Below are positions 1 to 9,104 of a stretch of DNA of 64,000 nucleotides, one piece after another. The stretch's first letter is position 1, and each line of letters begins with the position of its first letter. A model generated the notes under the pieces. It made no database searches. It had not been told where the DNA came from and worked only from the letters and a program-made list of their open reading frames with translations. The stretch comes from Candidatus Aenigmatarchaeota archaeon (GTDB lineage Archaea; Aenigmatarchaeota; Aenigmatarchaeia; CG10238-14; SCSR01), in assembly GCA_038998335.1 (NCBI GenBank), contig JAVZHQ010000002.1:9575-73574 (forward strand), in the 5' to 3' direction. The position numbers and the translations under genes are program-made.

Positions 1-525
1 TTTTTCAGAGATTGAAAGGAATTTTTTCCTTTCCACGTTTTTAAAATCAAGGTACTCCCTAAAGCTGAGAGGTAAAAAAAGATAGGTTATGCTCCTTCCT
101 CTTAGTTGAGTTGCAATCTCTTTGCTTAAAAGTTTTGAAGAAGAGCCTGAAATCATCAAGTAATAACCGCTATCTAATAAACTTCTAACCAAGCTTTCCC
201 AATTGTTTAACCTTTGTATTTCATCGATCAACACTTTTTCAACCTTAGTATTGAAGTATTCCTCAAAAACAGATATTATTTCAAAAAAGTCTTTGTGTGT
301 AATTTCTCTAAAAGCCGAGTGCTCTAAGTCGATATAAATTATGTTCTTATTCTTCCTTAGAACATTAAGCAAAAAATAAGTTTTGCCTGACCTTCTTGGA
401 CCGATTATCGATATTACCTTATTTTTAAGAAAATCAAATTTTAATTCTCTGTCCAAAATCTTTTCGGTTTTGATTCTTTCTACCAACCTAGTAAAAAATT
501 GGAGTACGAATTCTTTTTCAAACAT
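1..525 (-). CDS. AAA-type ATPase (DUF4143/AAA_14-like 'archaeal ATPase'), partial; C-terminus runs off the window start
   Basis: Not in the ORF track. My own reverse-strand translation from ATG (revcomp of 523-525) gives MFEKEFVLQFFTRLVERIKTEKILDRELKFDFLKNKVISIIGPRRSGKTYFLLNVLRKNKNIIYIDLEH..., with a GPRRSGKT Walker-A and downstream LIDEIQ (Walker-B-like). An in-frame stop lies 3 codons upstream of the start. Confidence 0.55.
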   Translation of the reverse strand, partial: MFEKEFVLQFFTRLVERIKTEKILDRELKFDFLKNKVISIIGPRRSGKTYFLLNVLRKNKNIIYIDLEHSAFREITHKDFFEIISVFEEYFNTKVEKVLIDEIQRLNNWESLVRSLLDSGYYLMISGSSSKLLSKEIATQLRGRSITYLFLPLSFREYLDFKNVERKKFLSISEK

Positions 526-793
526 ATCATATATTTAGGAAAGATTATTTAAAAAGTTTCCTATTATAGTGAAACTTTTTAAATAGAAGCCATTTTCCAT
601 GAAAGTTTGAAAACAATTTTTTTGTTCTATTTTTAATTGATTTTCATAATCCCAGGTAATTATCCACAAATTCTTGAATTTAAGCAAGGAAGAAGCTTTT
701 AATAAAGATTTAATTTCTCTTTTTTCTATTTCTTCCTTTGGTGAAAATTCTCATAACCTACATTATTAGCAAATTTTACTCAAAGAATTAAAA

Positions 794-868
794 GTTAAGA
801 TAGTGCCCTCGGCGGGATTTGAACCCGCGACCTTCAGCTTAGAAGGCTGCTGCTCTATCCAAACTGAG
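794..868 (-). tRNA. tRNA-Arg (anticodon TCT)
   Basis: The reverse complement folds as a cloverleaf. Acceptor stem is GCCCTCG/CGAGGGC with discriminator A. D-arm GCTC/GAGC. Anticodon stem GCAGC/GCTGA (a G27-A43 mismatch) with loop CTTCTAA, so anticodon UCU. T-arm GCGGG-TTCAAAT-CCCGC. Confidence 0.85.
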
Positions 869-1072
869 CTACGAGGGCTTAAACTCACTCTTTACTTCAA
901 AATCTATTATGTTATTTTAAATTATCTTTTTTATATAAAAGTTGCTAAAATTTAAAAAAAGAAGTTTTAAATACTTGTACTTCATAGAAAAAATTATGAA
1001 GCTTGGTGGGCAAGTTCTCAAACTTTAAGTTTAGACTTCTTCTATTCATTAGCATTATAAAGGAGGTTGTTT

Positions 1073-3766
1073 ATGGTTATTAAATTAACTGCAATAGAGA
1101 AAAAATGGCAAAAAGTTTGGGAAAAAGAAAAAATTTTTGAAGCTAATGTAGATAAACAAAAACCAAAGTTTTTTGTAACTTTTCCTTATCCCTATGTTAA
1201 TGGTGCTCCTCACGTTGGGGCAGCTTTTACTGCTTTTAGAGTAGATTCTTACGCTAGGTTCAAAAGAATGCAAGGTTTTAACGTTTTGTATCCGCAAGGT
1301 TTTCATGCTACTGGTGAACCCATACTTGGAGCAATAGAAAGATTAAAACAAAAAGATAAAACACAGGAAGAGACTTTCAAGCTTTACGGAGCAACAAAAA
1401 AGGATATAGAAAATTTTATCAAGAAAGGGGCTGAATTTACTGCAAGATTCTGGATGAAAAGATGGATAGAAGACTTAAAACTTGCTGGCTTTTCTATCGA
1501 TTGGAGAAGAAGTTTTATAACTGCTGTAACTCCAACTTATTCTCGCTTTATCGAATGGCAGTATAACACTTTAAGAAAAAAGGGTTATGTAGTTCAAGGC
1601 ACGCATCCTGTGATTTATTGCCCTAAATGTCAAAGCCCAACAGGAGATCATGATAGGTTAGAAGGTGAAGGTGAAAGCCCAATAGACTTTGTTTTGATAA
1701 AGTTTAAACTTGATTCTAGGGAAATATTGCCTTGTGGTACTTTAAGACCAGAAACAGTTTTTGGAGTAACGAACATTTGGGTTAACCCAAGTATAGAATA
1801 CGTGAGAGCAAAAGTTGATTCTGAAGTTTGGATAATAAGTAAAGAAGCAAGCGAAAAATTAAAGGATCAACTTAAAAAAGTTGAAATTTTGGGAAAGATA
1901 AAAGGCGAAGAATTAATAGGAAAATATGTTGAGAACCCAAAAACAAAAGAAAAGATAATAATTCTGCCAGCAGAATTTGTTGACCCTGATGCTGCTTCAG
2001 GAGTAGTTATGTCTGTTCCTTCTCATGCTCCTTATGACTGGATTGCTTTGTATGAACTACAAAAAAACCCTGAAAAAATCAAAAAGTATGGGATAGAGGA
2101 AGAAGTAAAGAAAATAAAGCCAGTTTCTATAATAAAAACTCCTGGCTTTGGCGAGCATCCAGCAATAGAAGTTTGCAACAATTTGAAAATAGAAAGTCAG
2201 AAAGAAAAAGAAAAACTTGATGAAGCAACAAGCATAGTTTACAAAAGAGAATTTCACCAAGGTATTCTAAAGGAAAACTGCCAAGAATATTCTGGTTTAA
2301 AAGTTTCTGATTGTAAAGAAAGACTTTCAAAAGAGTTTATTGAAAAGGGAATCGCAGATATAATGTGGGAATCTACAGGAAAAGTTGTTTGTAGGTGTGG
2401 AACAAAGAATTATGTAAAAATTTTGGAAAACCAATGGTTTTTGAAGTATTCAGATTTAGAGTGGAAGAAAAAAGCCTTAGATTGTATAAGAAAAATGAAG
2501 TTTTATCCAGAAGAAGTTAGAACGCAATTTGAAAAAACTGTTGAATGGCTTAAGGATAAAGCATGCACAAGAAAAGCAGGCTTAGGAACAAACTTACCTT
2601 GGGATAAAGAATGGAAGGTTGAAACCCTTTCGGACAGCACAATCTACATGGCTTATTATACCATAGCAAGAATAATAAACGAGAATAAAATTCCTGCTGA
2701 AAAGCTTACTGATGAAGTTTTTGACTATGTTTTTCTAGGAAAAGGAAGCTTAGAAGAAATAAGCAAAAATTCTAAACTTGATAAAAAAATCATACAAGAA
2801 ATGAGGGAAGAATTCGAGTATTTTTACCCAGTTGACTTAAGAAATTCAGGAAAAGACTTGGTTCCAAACCATTTAACATTTTACATTTTCCATCATGTTG
2901 CAATTTTTGAAGAAAAGCATTGGCCAAAAGCTATAGGAGTTAATGGTTACGTAAACGTTTTCGGAACAAAGATGAGCAAGTCAAAAGGAAACATAATTCC
3001 TTTAAGAAACTTGGTTGAAAAAATTGGTTCAGATTTAGTGAGAATAAACCTAATAGCTTCAAACGAAGGCCTTAACGATGCTGAATGGAGAGACGAACCC
3101 TTAGAAAGCTATAAGGTAAGAATAAAATTCTTAGAAGAAATTGTAAAAAATGTAAAGAAGGCAAAGAGAAAAGAAAAGAGAAAAGTGGATCTTTTCTTGA
3201 GAAGTAAAGTTCAAGAGCACATAAAAAATTCCACTCAAGCTTATGAGGAAATGAGGTTTAGGAGTGCGGTACAGCATGCTTTCTTCGATTTTATTAATGA
3301 TTTAAAATGGTACTTGGAAAGAAACGGAAAAATAGAAAATTGTAACAAAGAAATTTTGATGGAAGCTTTAGAGAGTATTGTTAAGCTCCTGACTCCTGTT
3401 TTACCTCATTTGTGCGAGGAATTCTGGCACAAGCTTGGTAAAAAAACCCTAATCGTAAAAGAAAAATGGCCAAGTTATGAGGAGAGTAAAGTAGACAAAA
3501 AAGCCTTAGAGTTAGAGGAGATATTGAAGAAAACCATAGAAGATTTAAAGGAAGTTATAAAACTTGCAGGAAAAAAAGAGAATTGTTATTTATACTTAGC
3601 TTCTCCCCAGGAATATGAATACTTTAAGGAAGCTGAAGAATTTATCACAAGGCACTTTGGTTTTAAGAAAACATTTGTTTTTAGAGCTTCTGACGAGAAA
3701 AGGTTTGATCCAAAAAACAAAGCAAGTAGAGCAAAGTACGGAAAACCAGGAATTTACCTTGCTTAA
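1073..3766 (+). CDS. leuS: leucyl-tRNA synthetase, archaeal/eukaryal type
   Basis: 899-aa ORF (the track starts at TTG 1067; the ATG at 1073 has GGAGG 7 nt upstream). Features: PYPYVNGAPHVGAAF in place of the HIGH region, a KMSKSKGN motif and a CP1 editing region. Global similarity to archaeal LeuRS is judged from recognisable motifs. Confidence 0.9.
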   Translation: MVIKLTAIEKKWQKVWEKEKIFEANVDKQKPKFFVTFPYPYVNGAPHVGAAFTAFRVDSYARFKRMQGFNVLYPQGFHATGEPILGAIERLKQKDKTQEETFKLYGATKKDIENFIKKGAEFTARFWMKRWIEDLKLAGFSIDWRRSFITAVTPTYSRFIEWQYNTLRKKGYVVQGTHPVIYCPKCQSPTGDHDRLEGEGESPIDFVLIKFKLDSREILPCGTLRPETVFGVTNIWVNPSIEYVRAKVDSEVWIISKEASEKLKDQLKKVEILGKIKGEELIGKYVENPKTKEKIIILPAEFVDPDAASGVVMSVPSHAPYDWIALYELQKNPEKIKKYGIEEEVKKIKPVSIIKTPGFGEHPAIEVCNNLKIESQKEKEKLDEATSIVYKREFHQGILKENCQEYSGLKVSDCKERLSKEFIEKGIADIMWESTGKVVCRCGTKNYVKILENQWFLKYSDLEWKKKALDCIRKMKFYPEEVRTQFEKTVEWLKDKACTRKAGLGTNLPWDKEWKVETLSDSTIYMAYYTIARIINENKIPAEKLTDEVFDYVFLGKGSLEEISKNSKLDKKIIQEMREEFEYFYPVDLRNSGKDLVPNHLTFYIFHHVAIFEEKHWPKAIGVNGYVNVFGTKMSKSKGNIIPLRNLVEKIGSDLVRINLIASNEGLNDAEWRDEPLESYKVRIKFLEEIVKNVKKAKRKEKRKVDLFLRSKVQEHIKNSTQAYEEMRFRSAVQHAFFDFINDLKWYLERNGKIENCNKEILMEALESIVKLLTPVLPHLCEEFWHKLGKKTLIVKEKWPSYEESKVDKKALELEEILKKTIEDLKEVIKLAGKKENCYLYLASPQEYEYFKEAEEFITRHFGFKKTFVFRASDEKRFDPKNKASRAKYGKPGIYLA

Positions 3767-3767
3767 A

Positions 3768-4619
3768 TTATAAAGCTAAAGAAATTGTTTCTATAAAGGC
3801 TGCGATTCCAAGAATTACGATAGAAATTAAAAGAAGTTTTAAGCTGTCGAAAACTATTAACCAAAAGTTTTTAGATTTTCTTCTTGTGATTGCGACAGAA
3901 ATTAGCCCGCCAGCTATCGCTCCTATGAAAAAAGCTAAAAATTCTAAGCTACCGTGAGGAAGAAACGGTAAAGCAGCTACCGGTAAAGCTTTTACTCCAC
4001 CAATACTTTTTGCTAAGGAGCCAATGGCTGCAGCTAAAACAGAAGCATTCCAGGAAATTATGAATACGGCACCCGCGCCAAAAAGGAAAGAAAGCAAGAA
4101 AGATAAAAACATTACTCCTACATTATTGAAAAATATTGCTTGGAAGGTGTCAGCAAATGTTGCTTTTCCTCTTATCGCGTTTATTGTGTCTATTTGATCT
4201 TTAAAAAGTTTGTAGCCTGTTTCTTCTGGAAGGAGAACGTAAGTTAAAGATAAAGCAATGACTACGCCTACACAAAAAGCTGCATAAACTTTTAGTATGT
4301 CAGCATGTCTTTTTAGAAGAGAGGTATCTTTTTCTATCACTTCCTCTTCCTTAGCTTCATGGTATCTTATTAAGTTAAGCATGAAAGGAAGGGAAGCTAT
4401 AGTAATCAAAAGGTTTGTCATTAAGCCGATCGAAGATTCAAAAATTATGGAAGCGATAAAGAGGCATGCTAAGGAAATTATTGCTCCGTAGATTATCATT
4501 ACCAAAGGATTTCTCAAGGCAAGTTTTAAAGGTACAAGCTTTTCAAGAACCATAATCTCTAAATTTAAATAGGTTAGAAGAAAATAAATTTCTTGTGAAG
4601 ATAAAGATAAACACAGCAA
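3768..4619 (-). CDS. polytopic integral membrane protein, function unknown
   Basis: 283-aa ORF with at least 6 hydrophobic helices; no catalytic motif recognised. Confidence 0.5.
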   Translation of the reverse strand: MLCLSLSSQEIYFLLTYLNLEIMVLEKLVPLKLALRNPLVMIIYGAIISLACLFIASIIFESSIGLMTNLLITIASLPFMLNLIRYHEAKEEEVIEKDTSLLKRHADILKVYAAFCVGVVIALSLTYVLLPEETGYKLFKDQIDTINAIRGKATFADTFQAIFFNNVGVMFLSFLLSFLFGAGAVFIISWNASVLAAAIGSLAKSIGGVKALPVAALPFLPHGSLEFLAFFIGAIAGGLISVAITRRKSKNFWLIVFDSLKLLLISIVILGIAAFIETISLAL

Positions 4620-5041
4620 CCATGATTAGCTTGGTACTCATTTTCTTAATGCTAGGCTCAAGCATAATAGTAGGAATTGAAAGGTTTTTAAGTCCAACCG
4701 CTTCTACAATAAAACTTCCTGAGAAGAATATAATAAATTATGAACTTGGAATAAACGAAGAAAAATATCTTCTGGAAAGAGGGGTAACAATAGTCAAAGC
4801 TTATTTTCCAAGAAATTGTGTTGAGTGCCTAGAAATAAAAAATTACCTAGAAAATTTTATCACTCAAAACTCAAACCAAGTTATAATGCAAGAGCTTGAT
4901 TCAAACGTTTCTAAAATAGAAATCAGAAGTTATAGAGGAAGAGAAATATTAGAGAATGCTACTCAAGAAAAAATTTTTGAATCTTTTTGCGAGCTAATGC
5001 TTCAGCCTCCTGCTAACTGCGTTTTGAAAGGTCTAACATGA
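4595..5041 (+). CDS. membrane-anchored thioredoxin-like protein with a CxxC (CVEC) motif
   Basis: 148 aa: an N-terminal TM helix, then YFPRNCVECLEIKNYL, a thioredoxin-fold-like CxxC context. Its stop overlaps the next gene's start (ATGA). Confidence 0.45.
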   Translation: MKIKINTATMISLVLIFLMLGSSIIVGIERFLSPTASTIKLPEKNIINYELGINEEKYLLERGVTIVKAYFPRNCVECLEIKNYLENFITQNSNQVIMQELDSNVSKIEIRSYRGREILENATQEKIFESFCELMLQPPANCVLKGLT

Positions 5042-5625
5042 AAGTTGTTGGAATAGATTTAGCAGGAAGTGAGAAAAGAGAAACAGGTTTTTGCATTCTC
5101 GACAAAAACTTGAAGGCAGAAACTTCGATTCTTTTCACGGATAAGGAAATAATAGAAGAAATTGAAAAGGTTAAGCCAAGAGTAGTAAGCATAGACGCTC
5201 CTCTTGCTTTACCTAAAGGGAGGCCAAACCTTTCAAAAAAGTATAAGAATTATCCTCATTTAAGAGAGTGCGATAAGGAATTGTTGAAAATGAAAATTAA
5301 ATTTTTTCCTATAACTCTTGGGCCTATGAGAAAGCTAACAGAAAGAGGAATTAGATTGAAAAAAATTCTTGAAAAAAAAGGTTTTGAAGTTATAGAAACT
5401 TTTCCTGGAGCAGCTCAAGACTTGCTAAAAATTCCAAGAAGGAAAGAAAAAGAAAAATTGAGAAAAGGTTTGATAAAACTTGGAATAAAAGGAATAAAGA
5501 AAAATATAAGTGAGCATGAACTAGATGCTATAACTTGTGCTTTAGTTGGAAAACTTTACCTTGAAGGAAATTATTTAGCTATAGGTGATAAGGAAGAAGT
5601 TTTGATGATTCTTCCAAAAGTTTAA
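5038..5625 (+). CDS. DUF429-like predicted RNase-H-fold protein
   Basis: 195 aa with N-terminus MKVVGIDLAGSEKRETGFCIL followed by VVSIDAPLALP, a pattern I recognise from the DUF429 family. No other motif identified. Confidence 0.45.
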   Translation: MKVVGIDLAGSEKRETGFCILDKNLKAETSILFTDKEIIEEIEKVKPRVVSIDAPLALPKGRPNLSKKYKNYPHLRECDKELLKMKIKFFPITLGPMRKLTERGIRLKKILEKKGFEVIETFPGAAQDLLKIPRRKEKEKLRKGLIKLGIKGIKKNISEHELDAITCALVGKLYLEGNYLAIGDKEEVLMILPKV

Positions 5626-5627
5626 AT

Positions 5628-7400
5628 TTATTCTAGAATCGCTTTTATCCTTCTTATCCCAGCAGCAACCCCTTCTTCTTTTATTATCTTAAACCTTCCT
5701 AGCTCTTTTGTATTTTTTACGTGTGGTCCTCCACAAATTTCAACCGAAAAATTGCCAATAAAATAGACAGAAACTTTTTCCCCATACTTATGCTCAAAAA
5801 CTGCTTGTGCACCTCTTTTCTTTGCTTCTTCTACAGTCATCTCTTCCCTCCAAACAGGCAAACCTTTTCTTATTTGTTCGTTAACCAAATCTTCAATCTT
5901 TTTAATTTCTTCTTCAGTCAATTTCCTTTCAAAGTTGAAGTCAAACCTTAATCTTTCAGGAGTAATGTTAGAACCTTTTTGAACTATATCTTTTCTTTTC
6001 AAGACTCTTCTTATTGCTTCGTTTAGCAAATGAGTTGCTGTATGAAGCTTGATAGTTTGTTCAGAAGCATCTATTAGTCCACCTTTAAACTTTTTCTCAG
6101 CTCCTTTCCTTGAAATTTGTTTATGTTTTTCGTATTCTTTCCAAAATCCTTCCTCGTCAACCTCTATTCCTTTTTCTTTCGCGAGCTCTTTTGTCATCTC
6201 AAAAGGAAAGCCGAAGCTTTGGAATAAGAGAAAAGCATCCTTTCCACTTATCATTTTTCCCTTTGCCATTTCCTCAAACTTTTTCAAACCTTTTGAAAGA
6301 GTATTCCTAAATTTATTTTCTTCCCTTCCAAGCTCTTCAAGAATAAAGTTTTCTTTTTCTTGTAAAAGAGGATACCTTTTCTTGTAAATTTCTATAACAA
6401 CCTTTGCAATCTCGCCCAAAAACCCTTTCTCTATTCCTAAAATCTTTCCGTACCTAATAGCTCTTCTTATAAGTCTTCTCAAAATATAGCCTCTGTCAAC
6501 ATTGCTAGGCAGAACAGGATTTTCATCACCGAGGATAAAAGTGGAAGCTCTCAAATGGTCTGTAACAATTCTTATAGAAATTTCCTGCTTTTCGTCTGGT
6601 TTTTCTATCCCAGCAATTTCTTTTATCTTTTCGTATATTGGCCTTAAAGTTTCTATTTCATAAACACTTTTTCTCCCTTGCAAAATAGCAACAGTTCTTT
6701 CAACTCCCATTCCTGTATCAACATTCTTTTGTTTCAAAGGTTCAAATTTTCCTTCTTTTGTTTTATTGTATTCCATAAAAACATTGTTCCAAAGCTCGAA
6801 GTATTTTCCGCAATTGCATCCAGGTCTACAATTTTTACTGCAAGCCTTTTTTCCACTATCGTAAAAAATTTCTGTGCATGGACCACAAGGTCCTGTTGAA
6901 CCGACAGGTCCCCAGAAATTCTCTTCTCTGGAAAGGAAAAAAATCCTTTCCCTAGGAATTCCCAAGCTTTGCCATATCCTCGCGCTTTCTTCGTCTCTTG
7001 GCAAATCTTTGTCACCAGCAAAAACTGTAACATAGATTCTTTCTTTATCTAAACCGAGCCATTTCTTGCTAGTTAAAAACTCCAAGCTCCATTTTATAGA
7101 TTCCTCCTTGAAATAATCTCCTAAGGACCAGTTCCCAAGCATCTCAAAAAATGTTAGATGAAAAGCGTCACCAACCTTTTCTATATCATCAGTTCTCAAG
7201 CATCTTTGAACGTTAACAAGCCTTTTCCCCAAGGGATGAGGCTGGCCTAAAAGATAAGGAATTAAAGGATGCATGCCTGCAGGAGTAAACAAAACAGTAG
7301 GGTCATGCTCAGGAACTAGCGAAACGTTAGGAATAACTTTATGACCTTTTTCTTCAAAAAATTTTATGTAGAGTTGGATAAGCTTTTCTGAATCTATCAT
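5628..7400 (-). CDS. alaS: alanyl-tRNA synthetase, compact bacterial-type (catalytic plus editing domain; no C-Ala domain)
   Basis: 590 aa. N-terminus FFEEKGHKVIPNVSLVPEHDPTVLFTPAGM matches the bacterial AlaRS motif (LFTNAGM). The editing-domain HTATHLL and CGGPHV motifs lie near the C-terminus. The protein ends about 300 aa short of canonical AlaRS. Confidence 0.85.
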   Translation of the reverse strand: MIDSEKLIQLYIKFFEEKGHKVIPNVSLVPEHDPTVLFTPAGMHPLIPYLLGQPHPLGKRLVNVQRCLRTDDIEKVGDAFHLTFFEMLGNWSLGDYFKEESIKWSLEFLTSKKWLGLDKERIYVTVFAGDKDLPRDEESARIWQSLGIPRERIFFLSREENFWGPVGSTGPCGPCTEIFYDSGKKACSKNCRPGCNCGKYFELWNNVFMEYNKTKEGKFEPLKQKNVDTGMGVERTVAILQGRKSVYEIETLRPIYEKIKEIAGIEKPDEKQEISIRIVTDHLRASTFILGDENPVLPSNVDRGYILRRLIRRAIRYGKILGIEKGFLGEIAKVVIEIYKKRYPLLQEKENFILEELGREENKFRNTLSKGLKKFEEMAKGKMISGKDAFLLFQSFGFPFEMTKELAKEKGIEVDEEGFWKEYEKHKQISRKGAEKKFKGGLIDASEQTIKLHTATHLLNEAIRRVLKRKDIVQKGSNITPERLRFDFNFERKLTEEEIKKIEDLVNEQIRKGLPVWREEMTVEEAKKRGAQAVFEHKYGEKVSVYFIGNFSVEICGGPHVKNTKELGRFKIIKEEGVAAGIRRIKAILE

Positions 7401-7436
7401 AATATCACTTTTAAATTTTTACCTTAAAGAATTTAT

Positions 7437-8702
7437 TTAAATTCCAAGAAAGGATAAAACTGCACAATTTAAACCTGAAAAATAAAGAATTGAAGGAATA
7501 AGCAAGCAGCCCATGCAATGCGAGCGTTTAATTTCTAAAAGAGCACAAAGTAAGCCTATACTAGTTGAAACAAAAGCTATAAGTAGACCAAAAATTCCAG
7601 TTATCAAAAAAATTATTGTTGAAATAAAGATTAAAATAAAAATGCAAAGTTTTCTGTAGTTCAGCTTTTCTAAAAATTTTGGAATTTTTTTACCAAGAAA
7701 TAAAGTTAAAGCTGAAGCTATGCCAGCAGAAAAACAAACCGAACCAATAAGGTAAACTATATCATAAAAATTTAGCTCAGTTAAAACTCTTTGAACTGCA
7801 ACGCTGCTCCCGCTTCTCGGGTTTCCTACTAAAAACAAATTGACCAAGGAAAAAATTTCATTTCCAACGTTTATTCCAGAAACAGTAATCAAAAAGCTTC
7901 TTGCGTCGCTTGCTTTGCCCAAATACTGAACTAGAGTAGCAGCCTGAGAAACTCCTATTGCTGGAAGTAAGCCTACAATAATTCCAGCAAAACAACCTAA
8001 AATTACCGATTTAATTATTTGAAAATTTCCAATTTTCAATTTAGAATCTTCTTCTTGCTTCGGGATAAAAGCCCTTTCTGTTAAGCTTAAAATGAGAGTG
8101 CTTAAACCAAAAAGTCCTGTTAGAATCGGAAAAAGAACGTTCTGTTGCGAGACTAAAGAAGAATTAAGAGTTATTATTCCTAAAAAACCTGAAAGGAAGA
8201 TTATTAGAATTGCGTAAAAAATTTTCTTTAATTTTTTCTCAGAACCTACCATAAGAATTACAACAAAAGCTATTAAATAATGGACATAAGGCCTGGAAAT
8301 TTCATAAAGATAAACAAAAGCATTTCCAAAAGCTAAGATAAAAGCTAGGCTTAAAATTAAAGATAAAATTCCTCCCAAAACGGTAAGTTTAATTGCTTCG
8401 TATCCTCTTCCTTCTAGCAAAAGTCTGTGACCAGGCAAAACAGAAAGGCTTGTGTCTTCGTCTGGTGCGCCAAGAAATATCGAAGGAATAAAATTCATGA
8501 AAATTTCTGATATGCTAGTTGAAACTATTAACACTGCGAGAAAGTAAGGGTTTTGAACAAGAAATGAAAAAGAAAGTATAATCGGAACTATAAGGTTGAC
8601 ATGAAAGCCTGGCACCAAACCACAAAATATTCCAAAAGCAATTCCAATCAAACAAAAAATTAGAGTCTCAAAAATCATGAGAATCAACTTTAATATCCTC
8701 AA
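7437..8702 (-). CDS. TctA-family (DUF112) membrane transporter-like protein
   Basis: 421 aa, polytopic. It carries the duplicated G-x3-G-x2-PG-x-G motifs (LIGIAFGIFCGLVPGFHVN and ILGCFAGIIVGLLPAIGVS) typical of TctA large subunits. Confidence 0.5.
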   Translation of the reverse strand: MRILKLILMIFETLIFCLIGIAFGIFCGLVPGFHVNLIVPIILSFSFLVQNPYFLAVLIVSTSISEIFMNFIPSIFLGAPDEDTSLSVLPGHRLLLEGRGYEAIKLTVLGGILSLILSLAFILAFGNAFVYLYEISRPYVHYLIAFVVILMVGSEKKLKKIFYAILIIFLSGFLGIITLNSSLVSQQNVLFPILTGLFGLSTLILSLTERAFIPKQEEDSKLKIGNFQIIKSVILGCFAGIIVGLLPAIGVSQAATLVQYLGKASDARSFLITVSGINVGNEIFSLVNLFLVGNPRSGSSVAVQRVLTELNFYDIVYLIGSVCFSAGIASALTLFLGKKIPKFLEKLNYRKLCIFILIFISTIIFLITGIFGLLIAFVSTSIGLLCALLEIKRSHCMGCLLIPSILYFSGLNCAVLSFLGI

Positions 8703-9063
8703 CTTTCCTTGGAATTATTTGTAACTCTCCTTTGTATTCGCTAACAATTCCTGTAACACTTATAATTTTCCCTTCCTTAAGCTCTTCTTCACCAATTCTT
8801 TCTTTCAACTTTTCCATAAAACTTGAGAAAAGTGGGACTTGCAACTTTTTCTTTCCGTCGGTAATCGTTAGGAACAAATGGCCTGAAGGATGAGAGTTTG
8901 CGTAAATTATTTTTCCGCTCGTTCTCACACTTTTCCCGACAAACTCAAAGGTAATTTCGCTTATCTTTACTTCCTGAGGTTGAATGCTTAGAGCAGAAAA
9001 GTAGATTAAAATCAAACCTAAGATAGAGCAAAAAAAGCAGAACAAAGTAAAAAAGTTTTCCAT
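8668..9063 (-). CDS. membrane-anchored OB-fold protein
   Basis: 131 aa: an N-terminal TM helix, then a beta-rich segment (VGKSVRTSGKIIYANSHPSGHLFLTITDG...GKIISVTGIV) resembling a tRNA_anti-like OB fold. Confidence 0.4.
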   Translation of the reverse strand: MENFFTLFCFFCSILGLILIYFSALSIQPQEVKISEITFEFVGKSVRTSGKIIYANSHPSGHLFLTITDGKKKLQVPLFSSFMEKLKERIGEEELKEGKIISVTGIVSEYKGELQIIPRKVEDIKVDSHDF

Positions 9064-9104
9064 AATCTAAGGGAAACAGTAAAAAATTTTTATAAAATTT
9101 TAAC

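Noticed and set aside
5628-7400. Possibility of a Nanoarchaeum-style split AlaRS
   Set aside because: Catalytic and editing motifs are both present in this single 590-aa ORF, so the gene is short, not split.
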